DNA of 63,349 nucleotides, counting the filler, from Octopus bimaculoides (taxonomy: Eukaryota), in NCBI RefSeq assembly GCF_001194135.2. It is 6 parts of 6 records of this genome, joined end to end, with 100 filler letters (N's around TTAATTAATTAA, not from the genome) between each part and the next. Parts side by side here need not be neighbours in the genome. Positions count along the whole stretch, not along the records: positions 30,645 to 50,315 come from NC_068983.1; positions 50,416 to 61,863 come from NC_068994.1; 4 more parts are not named here. One strand, 5' to 3'. The notes beneath the pieces are model-generated. The model worked only from the letters and a program-made list of their open reading frames with translations, ran no database searches and was not told the origin of the DNA. The position numbers and the translations under genes are program-made. This document shows positions 37,752 through 51,239 of the stretch, piece after piece; the stretch's first letter is position 1; each line of letters begins with the position of its first letter.

Positions 37752-38132
37752 GTTGTTGTTGGCACTCCGTCGCTTACGACGTCGAGGATTCCAGTCGATC
37801 CTATCAACGGAACAACCTGCTCGTGAAATTAACGCGCAAGTGGCTGAGCACTCCACAGACACGTGTACCCTTAACGTAGTTCTCGGGGATATTCAGCGTG
37901 ACACAGTGTGACAAGGCTGACCCTTTGAATTACAGGCACAACAGGAAGTAAGAGTGAGAGAAAGTTGTGGTGAAAGAGTACAGCAGGGTTCGCCACCATC
38001 CCCTGCCGGAGCCTCGTGGAGCTTTAGGTGTTTTCGCTCAATAAACACTCACAACGCCCGGTCTTGGAATCGAAACCGCGATCCTATGACCGCGAGTCAG
38101 CTGCCCTAACCACTGGGCCATTGCGCCTCCAC
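37752..38132 (-). mobile_element. SINE family A, full length
   Basis: 11-bp TSD ctagttccact (37741-37751 and 38133-38143); tRNA-like head; (AAC)n tail. Confidence 0.92.
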
Positions 38133-39863
38133 CTAGTTCCACTAAAGCTGAATAAAATTGCAATCTTTCGATTTCGTATTCTCTGAAAGGTTATAACTTG
38201 AAATTGTTTTAGAACAGGATTAATCGAATAAATATCGCTACACTTTTTTTTACCAAACGCTCAAATGATTTCGTCAATAGACCGCCTTATGTGTGTATGT
38301 ATGTATGTATGTATGTGTCAATGTATGTATGTACGTACGTATTTATGCATGTATGTATATATGATCTATGTATGTATGTATGCATATGTGTATGTATTAT
38401 GTATGTGTGTATGTATGTGTGTGCGCGTGTATGCATGTATGTATGAATGTATGTATGTCATTATTCAGTTTATTTCAAGATTTCTTGCCAATAGAAAAAG
38501 AATCGGTTTCTATCCTAGATCCAAAGCTCTTTCATTGGAATTTCAGAATCAACAACAGGGTATTTTTCTTTGTTTGTATGTATGTATGTATGTATGTATG
38601 TATGTATGTATGTATGTATGTATGTATGTATGTATGCTCTTATATAGAATTAATGCATATGCTCTATGACATGCTACGTAATTTTCCTCGTACTTTACAT
38701 ATCACCAAACTTATACCACTAGATGATTTATTTCGAATAGTGATACGTAAACAGACTGATTGTCGAAACATCGTTGTTGTGTTAACTACAATAGAAATAA
38801 ATAAATCTTTATGCTCTCAAAATTGCGACTTTTCAATTATTACGTTCTTAAGTTCTCTCCAAAAGCGAGCATTCTTATGCTGTATGCCGAGAGCCAATTA
38901 GGAACGTCTTCCTCTTTGCTTGTTCTGCTAGAAATAACAGCTAAATCTCCTAAAATCACATACGAACTATCTTACAAAGAAGGCTAAACACCAAAATGTT
39001 AGTCAACAATACCTCCTAAATAACTTGGGGTGGAGTGTTTTTCATCAAAGGTTTGTTGGACTAGTATACACTTAGGGTTAAATGACAACAACAATGACAT
39101 TTTATGGGAAATTTATGGAAATTTCATTTTCTGAAGACAAATGTATTTCTAACAATTATGGTCTTTGGATTTACTTGTAAATATTATGTAAAGAAAAGAA
39201 AAGATATAAATACACACAAAGCATCATGCAGTTGCTTTATGGTTTAGATATATGATTATACACAATTATATACAATTGTATATAACTATATAATCATATA
39301 TACTATATAATAATGCACAAAGCTACATACAAATGAAGTTCTATCACATGTTATTGATAGATTAAAATCGCCATTATATTTAAATTCTTTAAATTGCTTC
39401 AACTTCAATGCTGCGGTCATGCTGGGGCACCACCATTATCTAGTCGACAAATGAAATTATTTTCATCACATATCTAAAAGTATTGCATGGAGCATAACAG
39501 TATCTAAAAATATCTAAACGATTGACTATACAAATTTTTAAAAAAAGCAAACACGCATTAAAGTTTCAAATGTCTTAAAATTTAGTCTAGCATAAATTTC
39601 AGAATTGCAAACTCTTTATATTTTGTCACAGATAGAAATCCTCTTGCTAACTAATTCTATTCCTAACTAACAAGACGTAATGTGCCTCCGGCAAATACAA
39701 CTATCTAATATTCAACGATACGATAGTGCTGATAATCAAATAAAAATCGATTTAATTATGATATTTTTAATACCTAGATATATCTCAAATTAAATCGTTT
39801 CTGTTTTGAAATCTCATGAAATTTTCCTTACGCGCACATTAGTAAGTCATCAGCTTCAAGTGA

Positions 39864-39997
<134 letters not shown>

Positions 39998-40310
39998 ATG
40001 CCCGCTTCCTATAAATATAATGAGGTTAGTGTTTTGTGGCTTTTAGAGTTAATTTTGACTTTTATTTTCAGCAATCGCTGATAATGTTCAGCTTGAGTTT
40101 TAGCAGGTCAATGTTTGCGAGAAAGGCGTAGGTAAGAACGTATTTGCGTGAAAGGTGTTGGTATTTTTGCACTCTTTATTTATTAATTCCTTTTGGGTTT
40201 TTGATTGCTAGCGAGCTACTTATACTATAATGTGTTTAATATATTAGTATATCATCGTAGTAACTTTTTGTATTGATACATATCTGTGTGTGTGTGTTTT
40301 TTCCTTTAGT

Positions 40311-40445
40311 TTTCCTTTGTTTCAGTCATTTAACTGTGGCCATGTTGGAGCACCGCCTTTGTAAGCCTAGTACTTATTCTATCGATCTCTTTGCCGAACC
40401 TCTAAGTTACAGGGACGTAAACACACGAACATCGGTTGTCACTGC
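40311..40445 (-). mobile_element. SINE family C, 3' half
   Basis: Matches 48786-48960. Confidence 0.8.
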
Positions 40446-41813
40446 TCTTGGTAAATAACATACCTCATTCAAACTTCGCTGGAATAATCATGAAATTACA
40501 TTTAGATTTAATACATCCCTAGCTAAATTTGTACTTTCTCTCACTGATAATACTATTGAATCTAAAATTGCTTGGTCTATTATGTGTAATGCACAACCAT
40601 ACAAAGATGGCGGGGGCTGGTGTGGGCACTGTGTATCTAAAAGCATTCCATATTAATAAAATTAAATCGAAATTATTAATCAGCTTGATGAATTGTAAGA
40701 TGCCAACACCTTAAGTATAAATCATTCCTACATTCAAATTAAACCTAATATTATACTTAATCATCATATCTACACTAATAGACTTTACAATCTAGATCAC
40801 TGTTTCGAATAAATTCCATACCTTGATTAACCATAATATTGTCCCATTTTAGTAATAGGTAGTGTATTGGAATATACTCAGACGTTCAATTATTTGTTAG
40901 AATACTTATTACCCATTAATGCCAGCATCTAAATGTATATCGTTCATGTATGCTAGCTAATTCCCTACTTTGGTTAACCATAATTTAGTCTTACCTTAAT
41001 TGATAATATATATCCAGACATTCTACAACCTAAATTAATACAAGTGAATAATTCCCTACCTTTTTAACCATAATTTATTTTCACCTTCCAGATAGATAAT
41101 TTATTAGACCATATTCAAATATTCAGTTATCTGTAAAAATAAACTGCTCGCACACACGCATACATATATATATATATATTAGATGGCTGAGCAGACGCTA
41201 TTGTTAGCATAAAATGGATAAACACCGGATTAGTGCTCGGACTATTCCAGATTCTGAAAATGTAACATCCTGAGAAGAGTTGACTATAAGAGTTGAAATG
41301 CAACATCCTGAGCAAGAGTTGACTATAAAAAGTGTAGAACTTGAACGTGTAATAAAGCGAAAAAAGATGGAGAAGCGCTTATATATGGTATCTTTTCGTT
41401 TATAAAAGATGTTACATGAGCGTAAGGAATAAAATAGTCCTTGGTAAACCTTTGCAGCTGATGTAATAATATGTATTACAGAAACAGGTATTAATACTGA
41501 GGAAATAATACACATTAAACTAATAGAAATTATTTTCAACAGATAAACATGATACATGTTCTAGCTGAAAGCATTAAAATGCTGATTTGGAGCGACGAAA
41601 ACGTTGACGAAAATGGTTTTGTGCTATGGTGTAGTAATCGCCATACCCTCTAGATCAACAGCTGATGAGAGGAGCCTTCTGTTCGCGTTCATTTTGTTTT
41701 GATCCTGCTCTCTGTATCCTATATATTTTGGTTGTACGCATTGCCTGTTTTCTTCTCTCATTCTCTCTCACTTTCTCTCATTCACGCGCGCGTGTGTGTG
41801 TATATGTGCACGC

Positions 41814-41858
<45 letters not shown>

Positions 41859-42099
41859 TGTGTTATGTATGTTTGCATACATGCACATACATACATGTAT
41901 CAATAGATGTTCTTTTGTTTTACAAAGACGTAAACTTACGATGTTCGTTTTTAGTAAACACATGTCGTAAAAAGTATGTACTGTGAATAAACCATGCGCT
42001 TTATTCTATGTGATCAAGAAAAAGAGGTCAGCTTCTTTAAGTCGAATGTGCATTACCTTTTCAAAATCTATGTATGTATGTGAGCTGGACTGAACATGA

Positions 42100-42470
42100 G
42101 CGTTTATGACTGCTTGGCTAGGAGTGAGTATTGTCATCCTTGACTGCATCCAGAGGAACGCTACTCGGTTGATTGGCAGGAAGTCATTCACAGACTTGTT
42201 GTCTTCCTTGCCTGCCTTTTCTACGGCTACTACAGTATCCTGTGCTCTTTGAATCTAACGGACCTCGCTCTACCTCTACTCAGACACTATAGTATTTTTC
42301 TCTCATTAGTCATGTTGTGTTTACCCCCATCCCGGGATCCATCACTAAACACTACGTAGAATCTATTCTTTCCAGAACATCCGCTCTCAAGAATTATTTT
42401 CCTGTATATATCTTTCATGTAGGCATTGGTTTATAGCAGTTTAAGCAGAACGTCAAAGGTGCCAATCTTA
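42100..42470 (+). mobile_element. Jockey/I-group LINE RT C-terminal remnant
   Basis: LDCIQRNATRLIG, CLFYGYY...CS and KHYVESILSRTSAL resemble the LDxIQRxAxRLI / LFYRYY / SFFPRTSxLWN motifs; frameshifted. Confidence 0.5.
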
Positions 42471-42609
42471 TCAGCTTCTGAAAGGGGTGTGACACTTCTT
42501 CCCCCACCCATAACTAATGAAAACAAAATGTGCATGTATACCTTTGCATGTACGTAAATGTTCTAATATTTGTAGAGTAAGTACTGTCTCGAGTCTTAGG
42601 AAGTCTTAG

Positions 42610-42836
42610 AACTCATGGGGTCGGATACCCGATTTCCAAGGAATGTAAATGATCGGTATCACAATATATCCTCTGAACAGGGCGCCAATCTGTCCCAATG
42701 TTAGTTGTTTACATCTGACTTGACTGGAGCTACAAGTTTTACTCAAGAACAAAACGCACCACCCGCCCGGGATTCGAAGCCAGGATCTTGCGATGGCGAG
42801 TGTAACTCGCTAACCACTAGGCCACGCGCCTTCACA
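42610..42836 (-). mobile_element. SINE family B-related copy
   Basis: Head GAAGGCGCGTGGCCTAGTGGTTAG and B-box TTCGAATCCC on the minus strand. Confidence 0.7.
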
Positions 42837-43384
42837 GTCTCATATATGTATGTGTGTTATATGTATGTATGCATGTAAGTATGTATGTATGTATGTATGT
42901 ATGTGCGAAAATATCTACGTGTGATATGTATATGCATGTATGTTGTCCATGTATTCTTTTATTTTCTTTTGCTATTTTAGTAACTGGGCTACAACCATGC
43001 TAGGACAGCACCTACAAAACTTTATTCGATAATATCGCCGCATGCACTTCGTTGAGAATTAAGTGTTTTACCGATCTATAAAATCAAATCACTAATTTAT
43101 GCCTTTTAGTAGAACTCTAGACTTTACAGCAGTAAGTATGAGCTTATATGAGCACGCACGCGCATACGAAAGATGTGCTTTAGCATATTTTCCCGCTGAC
43201 TAAATTCTGCTAGCAAGATATTGCGCAATTTAAGCATCCAAGTACAAGGCATTTGTCCAAGGGGCTATGCAGTGGCATCGAACCCAAATCCACATGGTTG
43301 TGGAGCTAAGTTCTTAATTACACGATGGTGTGACTAAATATAGATGTGTACATGCATTTAAGCATATACATATAAATCCAAATG

Positions 43385-43441
<57 letters not shown>

Positions 43442-43559
43442 GTATGTATATATAGTGAGTTCAAACAAGAAAACGACAAAAAAAACAACAAAAACAACAA
43501 CGCGAGTACGTGATACAGGTATTGTGTTACTGAACGCTCAGGAAAGGAAAGAAAGAGAA

Positions 43560-43592
43560 TTTGACGTTTCGAGCGGAGCTCTTCGTCGGAAA
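43560..43592 (-). ncRNA. Minimal type I hammerhead ribozyme-like motif (U4C), 33 nt
   Basis: UUU-CCGACGA-A-GAGC(UCC)GCUC-GAAA-CG-UC-AAA; helix I extends to AUUU/AAAU; GUC cleavage triplet. Confidence 0.7.
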
Positions 43593-45185
43593 TATAGGAA
43601 AGTCCGAAGAAGGGAAGACGAAGGAAGAAAAAATCGCCAACGATATACACGAGGTTAGATTGTGGAATATATAATATATATAATATAGATAATATATAAA
43701 TGCATGCATATATACATACATATATGTACATACCTATATATATATANNNNNNNNNNNNNNNNNNNNNNNNNNNNNNNNNNNNNNNNNNNNNNNNNNNNNN
43801 NNNNNNNNNNNNNNNNNNNNNNNNNNNNNNNNNNNNNNNNNNNNNNNNNNNNNNNNNNNNNNNNNNNNNNNNNNNNNNNNNNNNNNNTATATACATGCAT
43901 ATATGTGTAGAGGACATCAAAAAACGTAGACAGAATGAGAAACGAGAACATAAAAAACAAAAACATAGAAAACGAACATTTTTTCGAACAACGAAAATAA
44001 CACAGAGAAACGAGACATGCAACATAAAGAACATTTCCTTCATCAGTTGTCCCCTGTTTTATCTACTCCGCGTTTCGAAGGTAGGGACAAGACGCGACTT
44101 CGTTAAAACAGTCCTTCCCGCAAAGAAAATTAAATAAAATTTGGGATTTTTTGCAGTGGGTGAAAGTGGTAACAAAAACAGGACAGTGAGAACAGAACAA
44201 TAAAACAAACGGTGAGGGCTGTTAAGCCAAGACGATGTGAAGTGGTGAACGCTGGAAAAACGAGCCGGAAAAACGACATACATGCATACATACATACATA
44301 CATACATACATACATACATACATACATACATACATACATACATACATGCATACATACAGGGATAAGTATATATGCGTCCTTAAACGTGCATACGTGTATT
44401 CATGTGTGCATATATATATACGTTGTTGAATTTATGTCAATTATTATGTATATATGTTTACGAGTTGATCTATTTCCAAATAAGAGTGAAGACATTGACA
44501 TCTATAAGTTAATAACCTGTTGAATTCAATTGAATTCTCCTCTGAACATCAATGAAAACATAACCCATACAGCGTTCTTTTTAACAATTCAGTAAGCAAA
44601 CGATGGGAAGTAAGTAATGGCGGCTGTGATATTAACGTGTATACTACTGACGGAACGAACAAAGAAATGCTCTCACTTTCGTCAGTTCTAAAACTTGTTC
44701 GAGTTCAGTTCCTATGATAACATTTGGTCTATAGTGTGTTACACTCTGTTGGGTTTTGTAATTCGTGAATCGGTATCACTGCAGACGATCTCTTAAATTG
44801 AAGATAGATCCTGTTGCAATTCATGTGGAAACAATTTATGATTCTCCATAAAGATAACCACAACTTTTGCTCAGTATCAGTTTCCTTCACACCATTGTTT
44901 AGTATAAGTTTCTATTGCTGTCCACCTGTATCACCATTTCCCTATTGTACAACATAGCTCACCAACAATAATTTTAAGTTTTGTTAGCTTTATTTGCCAT
45001 CTAAATTGGATAAATATATCTAACCTGGTATATCAGAAACGCTTAAAACAATAGAAGCTTGATTGTTTTATCAATAACTTGTAAAATATTCCAAAATTAA
45101 TAACTTTCGGCAAGAACGTGTTTATATGCCACCCTGTCTTGAATAATGTTAATTGAATTTTACATCATCAAATCCTTACTAATAT

Positions 45186-45490
45186 AGGCGCAGGCGTGGC
45201 CGTGCAGCAGGATTCAGTCACACAACGTAGTTCATTGGGCAAGCATTTTCTTTTATAACCCCAGAACTACCGAAGCCTTGTGAGTGAACTTGGTAGACGG
45301 AAACTGAAAGGAGTCTATCATGTGTGTGTGTGTGTGTGCGTGTGTGCGTGCGTGCGTGCGCGCGCGTTTGTCCTCTACCACCGCTTGACAACTGGTAGAA
45401 AAAGTACTAGATTCATTCAACTAAAACTCTTCAAGGCGGTACTCCAGCATGGCCGCAGTCGAATGACTGAAACAAGCTAAAAGGTAAAAG
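45186..45490 (+). mobile_element. SINE family C (internally deleted)
   Basis: Head GGCGCAGGCGTGGC, central (TG)n, and tail ccagcatggccgcagtc...tgactgaaacaag. Confidence 0.8.
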
Positions 45491-46078
45491 ATGTTTATGT
45501 CTGTGTTTGTTTTACATACCCGCAAGTTAACGATACGGCAAAAAGAAAGAATAAGTTAATAAATATATATAATAATATATAAAAATATAATTATATATAT
45601 ACATATATACATGTATGTATGTATGTATGTATGTATGTATAAGTACTAGAGTCAATTCCTTCGACTAAACTTTTCAACGAGGCGCCCCAGCATGGCTGCA
45701 GTGCAATGACTGAAACAAGTAAACGATAAAAAGATAAAGATATATCTTACACCTCTTCTGATATAAGTATTTAATTGATTGTTTACTCACTAATTAACGC
45801 ATTAACGTGTTAATTGATTAATGCAATCGTTTCGAAGAATTGAATTTATTCACTTTCTTTACCAGTTTATATAAGAAAATCTTAGCATTTTATGTGCAAT
45901 ATCAGCGCCATCATGTTATCAGTTCTATCTTGATTTGTGTCAAAACTATTGTATCGCACTGCAGGATGTTTGATCATTTAGAAGATGAAGACAAGCTTTG
46001 GAGAACAACAAAAAATTCATAAAACTTTCATCTCCGAGCCCTTCTAAGATATTTATCAGTAACTAATGCTCTTTTATG

Positions 46079-46336
46079 TGGAGGCGCGTGGCTTAGTGGT
46101 TAGGGTGTCAGCATCACGTTCGTAAGATTGTGGTTTCGATTCCTGGATCGGACGACGCGTTGTGTTCTTGAGCAAAACACTTCATTTCACGTTGCTCCAG
46201 TTCACTCAGCTGGCAAAAATGAGTAACGCTGCGATGGACTGGCGTCCCGTCCAGCTGGGGAACACATACGCCATTGAAACCAGGAAACCGGGCCCAAGAG
46301 CCTGGCTAGGCTTTAAAAGGGCGCATTTATTTTTTT
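46079..46336 (+). mobile_element. SINE family B, full length
   Basis: Perfect 15-bp TSD taatgctcttttatg (46064-46078 and 46337-46351); A box TGGCTTAGTGG; B box GTTTCGATTCC. Confidence 0.92.
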
Positions 46337-46409
46337 TAATGCTCTTTTATGAGTACCAGTCAAGTACTGGAGCCAATGTTATCGACTAGTGCTCCCCCCA
46401 CATAATTAC

Positions 46410-46665
46410 CCGTCTTCTGCTGCTTCTTGTTTCATGCTCTTCCTTGATGAGACAGGTGTCATCCCAGCATAGTGGTTCCAGATACGTCATCATGTATAGA
46501 GCCGACCAGGTCCACCAGTGTTCCTCATCGCTGGCAGTCCCGTACCAGCCCTTCTGCAGCCTCCATGGTGATGTCGAACCTCTGGCGATCTTCTCAAATC
46601 ACATCCAACCATCTGGTGCGGGGTTTGCACTGAGGTCTCATCCAGCCCGCAGCTGCAGAGCCGAA
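46410..46665 (-). mobile_element. RTE-type LINE 3'-end remnant
   Basis: GWMRPQCKPRTRWLDVI*ED...RDCQR* resembles the RPRGRPRxRWxD...DRxxW motif. Confidence 0.65.
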
Positions 46666-46777
46666 TGGAGGGAAATGTCGTGATAGGATGATATTGTTGC
46701 TGCTGTTATTAATAATGTTGTTATTGTTTTTATTGCTGTTGTGGTTGTTCTTCTTGTAGTAACCATGTTTCTAGTGG

Positions 46778-47158
46778 AGGCGCAATGGCCCAGTGGTTAG
46801 GGCAGCGGACTCGCGGTCATAGGATCGCGGTTTCGATTCCAAGACCGGGCGTTGTGAGTGTTTATTGAGCGAAAACACATAAAGTTCCACGAGGCTCCGG
46901 CAGGGTATGGTGGCGAACCCTGCTGTACTCTTTCACCACAACTTTCTCTCACTCTTTTCTTCCTGTTTCTGTTGTACCTGTATTTCAAAGGGTCAGCCTT
47001 GTCACACTGTGTCACGCTGATTATCCCCGAGAACTACATTAAGGGTACACATGTCTGTGGATTGCTCAGCCACTTGCACATTAATTTCACGAGCAGGTTG
47101 TTCCGTTGATCTGATCGACTGGAACCCTCGACGTCGTAAGCGACGGAGTGCCAACAGC
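46778..47158 (+). mobile_element. SINE family A, full length
   Basis: 17-bp TSD aaccatgtttctagtgg (46761-46777 and 47159-47175); A/B boxes intact; CpGs retained. Confidence 0.95.
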
Positions 47159-47630
47159 AACCATGTTTCTAGTGGNNNNNNNNNNNNNNNNNNNNNNNNN
47201 NNNNNNNNNNNNNNNNNNNNNNNNNNNNNNNNNNNNNNNNNNNNNNNNNNNNNNNNNNNNNNNNNNNNNNNNNNNNNNNNNNNNNNNNNNNNNNNNNNNN
47301 NNNNNNNNNNNNNNNNNNNNNNNNNNNNNNNNNNNNNNNNNNNNNNNNNNNNNNNNNNNNNNNNNNNNNNNNNNNNNNNNNNNNNNNNNNNNNNNNNNNN
47401 NNNNNNNNNNNNNNNNNNNNNNNNNNNNNNNNNNNNNNNNNNNNNNNNNNNNNNNNNNNNNNNNNNNNNNNNNNNNNNNNNNNNNNNNNNNNNNNNNNNN
47501 NNNNNNNNNNNNNNNNNNNNNNNNNNNNNNNNNNNNNNNNNNNNNNNNNNNNNNNNNNNNNNNNNNNNNNNNNNNNNNNNNNNNNNNNNNNNNNNNNNNN
47601 NNNNNNNNNNNNNNNNNNNNNNNNNCGATC

Positions 47631-47860
47631 TTATAAAATTAATGTGGGATATAGAATATGGAATATATAATATAAATAGTAAAATGAAATGAAGTATTGA
47701 ATGTCTTATTGAATATATGAAATATTGAGTATTAAATATAGAGTATTAAATATATATAAATGTCAGTATACTTTCCTGCCTCATGGCAGTCATCAAGGTC
47801 CCTTCATTTTACTATTTATATTATATATTCCATATTCCATATCCCACATTAATTTTATAA
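47631..47860. repeat. AT-rich hairpin / MITE-like element with ~58-bp near-perfect inverted arms
   Basis: 47631-47689 is the reverse complement of 47802-47860 (1-2 mismatches). Confidence 0.85.
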
Positions 47861-47891
47861 AGCATAAAAAAACAGAGTTGGAAATCTTTTA

Positions 47892-47933
<42 letters not shown>

Positions 47934-48220
47934 ATATATATTGTTATACGTGGGGTTGGTCATATTTTGCCAATTAAACACACGTACTATATATATTTGT
48001 CTTCAGTTCACATTTATAGCGATTATTTTAGTTCTTTTTTTTTTGTCAAAGTTCTTTCGTCACACATTCTGTGACCTCTTCAGCAACTCTCTAACCCACG
48101 TGTCTCCTCTTGTTCTACTTATTCTTTTTCAACGCACGATTTTACATCAAGAATCTTGCAAAAGAAATACATGGACGTATATGTGTGCGTGTGTGTATGT
48201 ATGAGTATGTGTGTGTTTGA

Positions 48221-48252
<32 letters not shown>

Positions 48253-48785
48253 GTGTGCGTGTGTGTGCGTGTGTGTATGTGTGTGCGCGTGTGTGCGTGC
48301 GTGCGCGTGCATAACTACCTTTTAAATATGCGTCTTTGTAGATACACACAATCAAGCATACATTCATTTAAAGAATCTCAAATAGAAAATCTATGGAATG
48401 TTTTACAAATTTTCTTTGTTCTGCTTATGAATTGGATTTGGAGGAAGCGACTTTCTTAGAAAAATCTGGTATTTTTAGTTTTCTTTTCACTTTATTTATG
48501 CATTTATTTATTTACTTTTGCAAATCTGTAGATACATAGTCTAGTGCACCCATGGGGATAGAAAAATTTATAACCAATGCACAAGAGCTGTATGTATGTA
48601 TGTATGTATGTATGTATGTATCTTTGTATGTATGTATCTTTGTATGTATGTATGTATGTATGAATGCTTGTATGTATGTATGTATCATGTATGCATGCCT
48701 TTATGTATATATGTATGTTATGTATGTATGTATGTATGTATGTATGTATCATGTACGTACATATGTATGCATGTATGTATACTGT

Positions 48786-49150
48786 TTTACTCTTTTACTT
48801 GTTTCAGTCATTTGACTGCCGCCATGCTGGCGCACCGCCTTTAGTCGAGCTAAACGACCCCAGGACTTATTCTTGGGAAGCCTAGTACTTATTCTATCGG
48901 TCTCTTTTGCCGAACCGCTAAGTTACGGGGACGTAAACGCACCACCATCGGTTGTCAAGCGATGTTGGGGGGAACAAACACAGACACCACACAAACACAC
49001 ACACACAGTTTCCGTCTACCAAATCCACGCACAAGGCTTTGGTCGGCCCGAGGCTATAGTAGAAGACACTTGCCCAAGGTGCCACGCAGTGGGAATGAAC
49101 CCGAAACCATGTGATTGGTAAGCAAGCTACTTACCACACAACCACTCCTG
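48786..49150 (-). mobile_element. SINE family C, near full length
   Basis: Colinear with 54161-54482; tRNA-like head, central (CA)n, conserved 3' tail. Confidence 0.9.
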
Positions 49151-50315
49151 TTATATATGTCATTGTTCAATTTTATTTTAAGATTTCTTGCCAATAGAGA
49201 AAGAGCCGGTTCCTAACCTAGTTCAAAGGCTCCTTCATTGGAATTTAACATCAACAACAGGGTATTTTTGTTCTTGAGAGGGTTCAAACGGGTTAAGGGA
49301 GTTCGTAGTGTTTGTAAATGCTGAATACACCCAATTATGTATGTATGTATGTATGTATGTATGTATGTATGTACGTATAGATGTATGTGTGTGCGTATGT
49401 ATGTATGTATGTATGTATGTATGTATGTATGTGCGTCTATGTATGTATGTATGCATGCATGTATGTATGTATGAACCTGTTGCTTCAATATATATAAACA
49501 TTCGAAATCCTTGCTTCATGAAAGCGTCAAAAGACGAATATTTTTAAGAGGCGGGAATATTTCGTAGCTTAAAGAGAAAGTAGGCCTACTTCTTCGCACG
49601 TACATATTTAAATAACAAGCATGTGCTTGCACGTGCGCATGTGTGTGAGAGAGCTTGTGTGTGTGAGATTGTGTGCGTGTGTATATGTACTGGAAGGCGG
49701 TGGGGACGTACGTGCGTTTTATGTTTCACAAACGAAAGAAACATTATTCAATATACTTAGTGTAAATATATTTATTTATAGGCAGCAGGCACTTCGCTCC
49801 GTCGCTACTCAGAAATTCCCGCTTTTCGTTTTCGTTACAAGTGAAAATATTTTAGTGAAAATTTCGCCTGAAAGAACGAGAATGCAAAAAATCTCGGTCT
49901 ATGAAAACATAAATGCTCGCACGTAAAAACATGCATGCATACATACATACATACATACATACATACATACATTCATACATACATACATACATACATACAT
50001 ACATACATGCATACATACATACATACACATACGTTAGTGTATTTTCGTTCCTGTAAGTTAGCGGTTCGTCATAGAGACCGATAGGCTAACAAAGAATATG
50101 TCCTCGGGTCGATTTGTTCGACGAAAAAGAATAAAAGAATTTTTAAAATAGTACTAATAACAATAATACTTGGATGGAATTTATAAATATTTTTATGCAT
50201 TAGAATATTTATAAATTGCACAATAGCCAGCATAATGGAATAGGACCTTTATTTGCATATCTAAAACAAATATAAAAGATATATGTATATATATATATAT
50301 ATACATACATATATA

Positions 50316-50415
50316 NNNNNNNNNNNNNNNNNNNNNNNNNNNNNNNNNNNNNNNNNNNNTTAATTAATTAANNNNNNNNNNNNNNNNNNNNNNNNNNNNN
50401 NNNNNNNNNNNNNNN
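50316..50415. other. Artificial scaffold-join spacer
   Basis: 44 N + TTAATTAATTAA + 44 N. Confidence 0.95.
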
Positions 50416-50672
50416 CCCCTGGACTGGTTTGTGCGGGTGGCACATAAAAGACACCATTTCGAGCGTGGCCGTTTTCGTGCGGGTGACACGTAAAAGCACC
50501 CACTACACTCTCTGAGTGGTTGGCGTTAGGAAGGGCATCCAGCTGTAGAAACTCTGCCAAATCAGACTGGAGCCTGGTGTTGCCATCCGGTTTCACCAGT
50601 CCTCAGTCAAATCGTCCAACCCATGCTAGCATGGAAAGCGGACGTTAAACGATGATGATGATGATGATGACA
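50416..50672 (+). mobile_element. Short repeat with RTE-like 3' end and (GAT)n tail
   Basis: ttggcgttaggaagggcatccagctgtagaa...ccaacccatgctagcatggaa...acgttaaacgatgatgat; related decayed copies at 53360-53495 (-), 56235-56425 (-) and 57295-57350 (+). Confidence 0.7.
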
Positions 50673-50689
50673 TACATATATATATTTGT

Positions 50690-50915
50690 GTGTGTGCCTT
50701 TGTGTTTGTATTGTATTTGTACCTCATCACCAGTTGACAACTGGTGTTGGTTTGTTTACATCGATGTAAGTTAGCAGTTTGCCAAAAGATCCCCCTAGAA
50801 TATGTACCAGATTTAAAAACAAATACTTGAGTTGATCTGTTCAACTAAAACCCTTTCAAGGGAGTGCCCCAGCATGGCCACAGTCCAACGACTGAAATGA
50901 AGAAAAGAGTGAAAA
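50690..50915 (+). mobile_element. SINE family C, 3' half, CpG-decayed
   Basis: Aligns to the 48786-48970 reverse complement with CG>TG/CA changes. Confidence 0.7.
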
Positions 50916-51239
50916 ATGAAAAGAATAAAAATTTGAAACGATATTATTTGATGTGGCCTTGTTATTTTCTAAGACAGTTTGGGTGTGGTATGAAGAAGAC
51001 TTGGCTGCTATTTCTAAGAACCCCTTCCATTAGTTCATAGTGTCATTTAAGTATTTGGCATTTAGCCTCTACTGTTTACTAATTAGCTTGTGTGTAACAG
51101 AGTGTCGTAAACCATTCATGTGCGAAGGGTTGGATACAAGACTTTGCAAGGGACTTCAAACATAGCTTTGTGTGTGTGTGTGTGTTGTGTTCTATGGTCA
51201 TATTAACTAAGGTGCCTCCCTTATAGTCATGTCTACTGG

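Noticed and set aside
40812-41080. Repeat-spacer-like pattern suggesting CRISPR
   Set aside because: Only three degenerate copies with unequal long spacing, no cas genes, and a eukaryotic context.
44030-44115. GAAACGCG ... CUGAUGA on the minus strand as a possible permuted hammerhead
   Set aside because: Helices I and III cannot be paired, and the UH cleavage site is missing in either topology.
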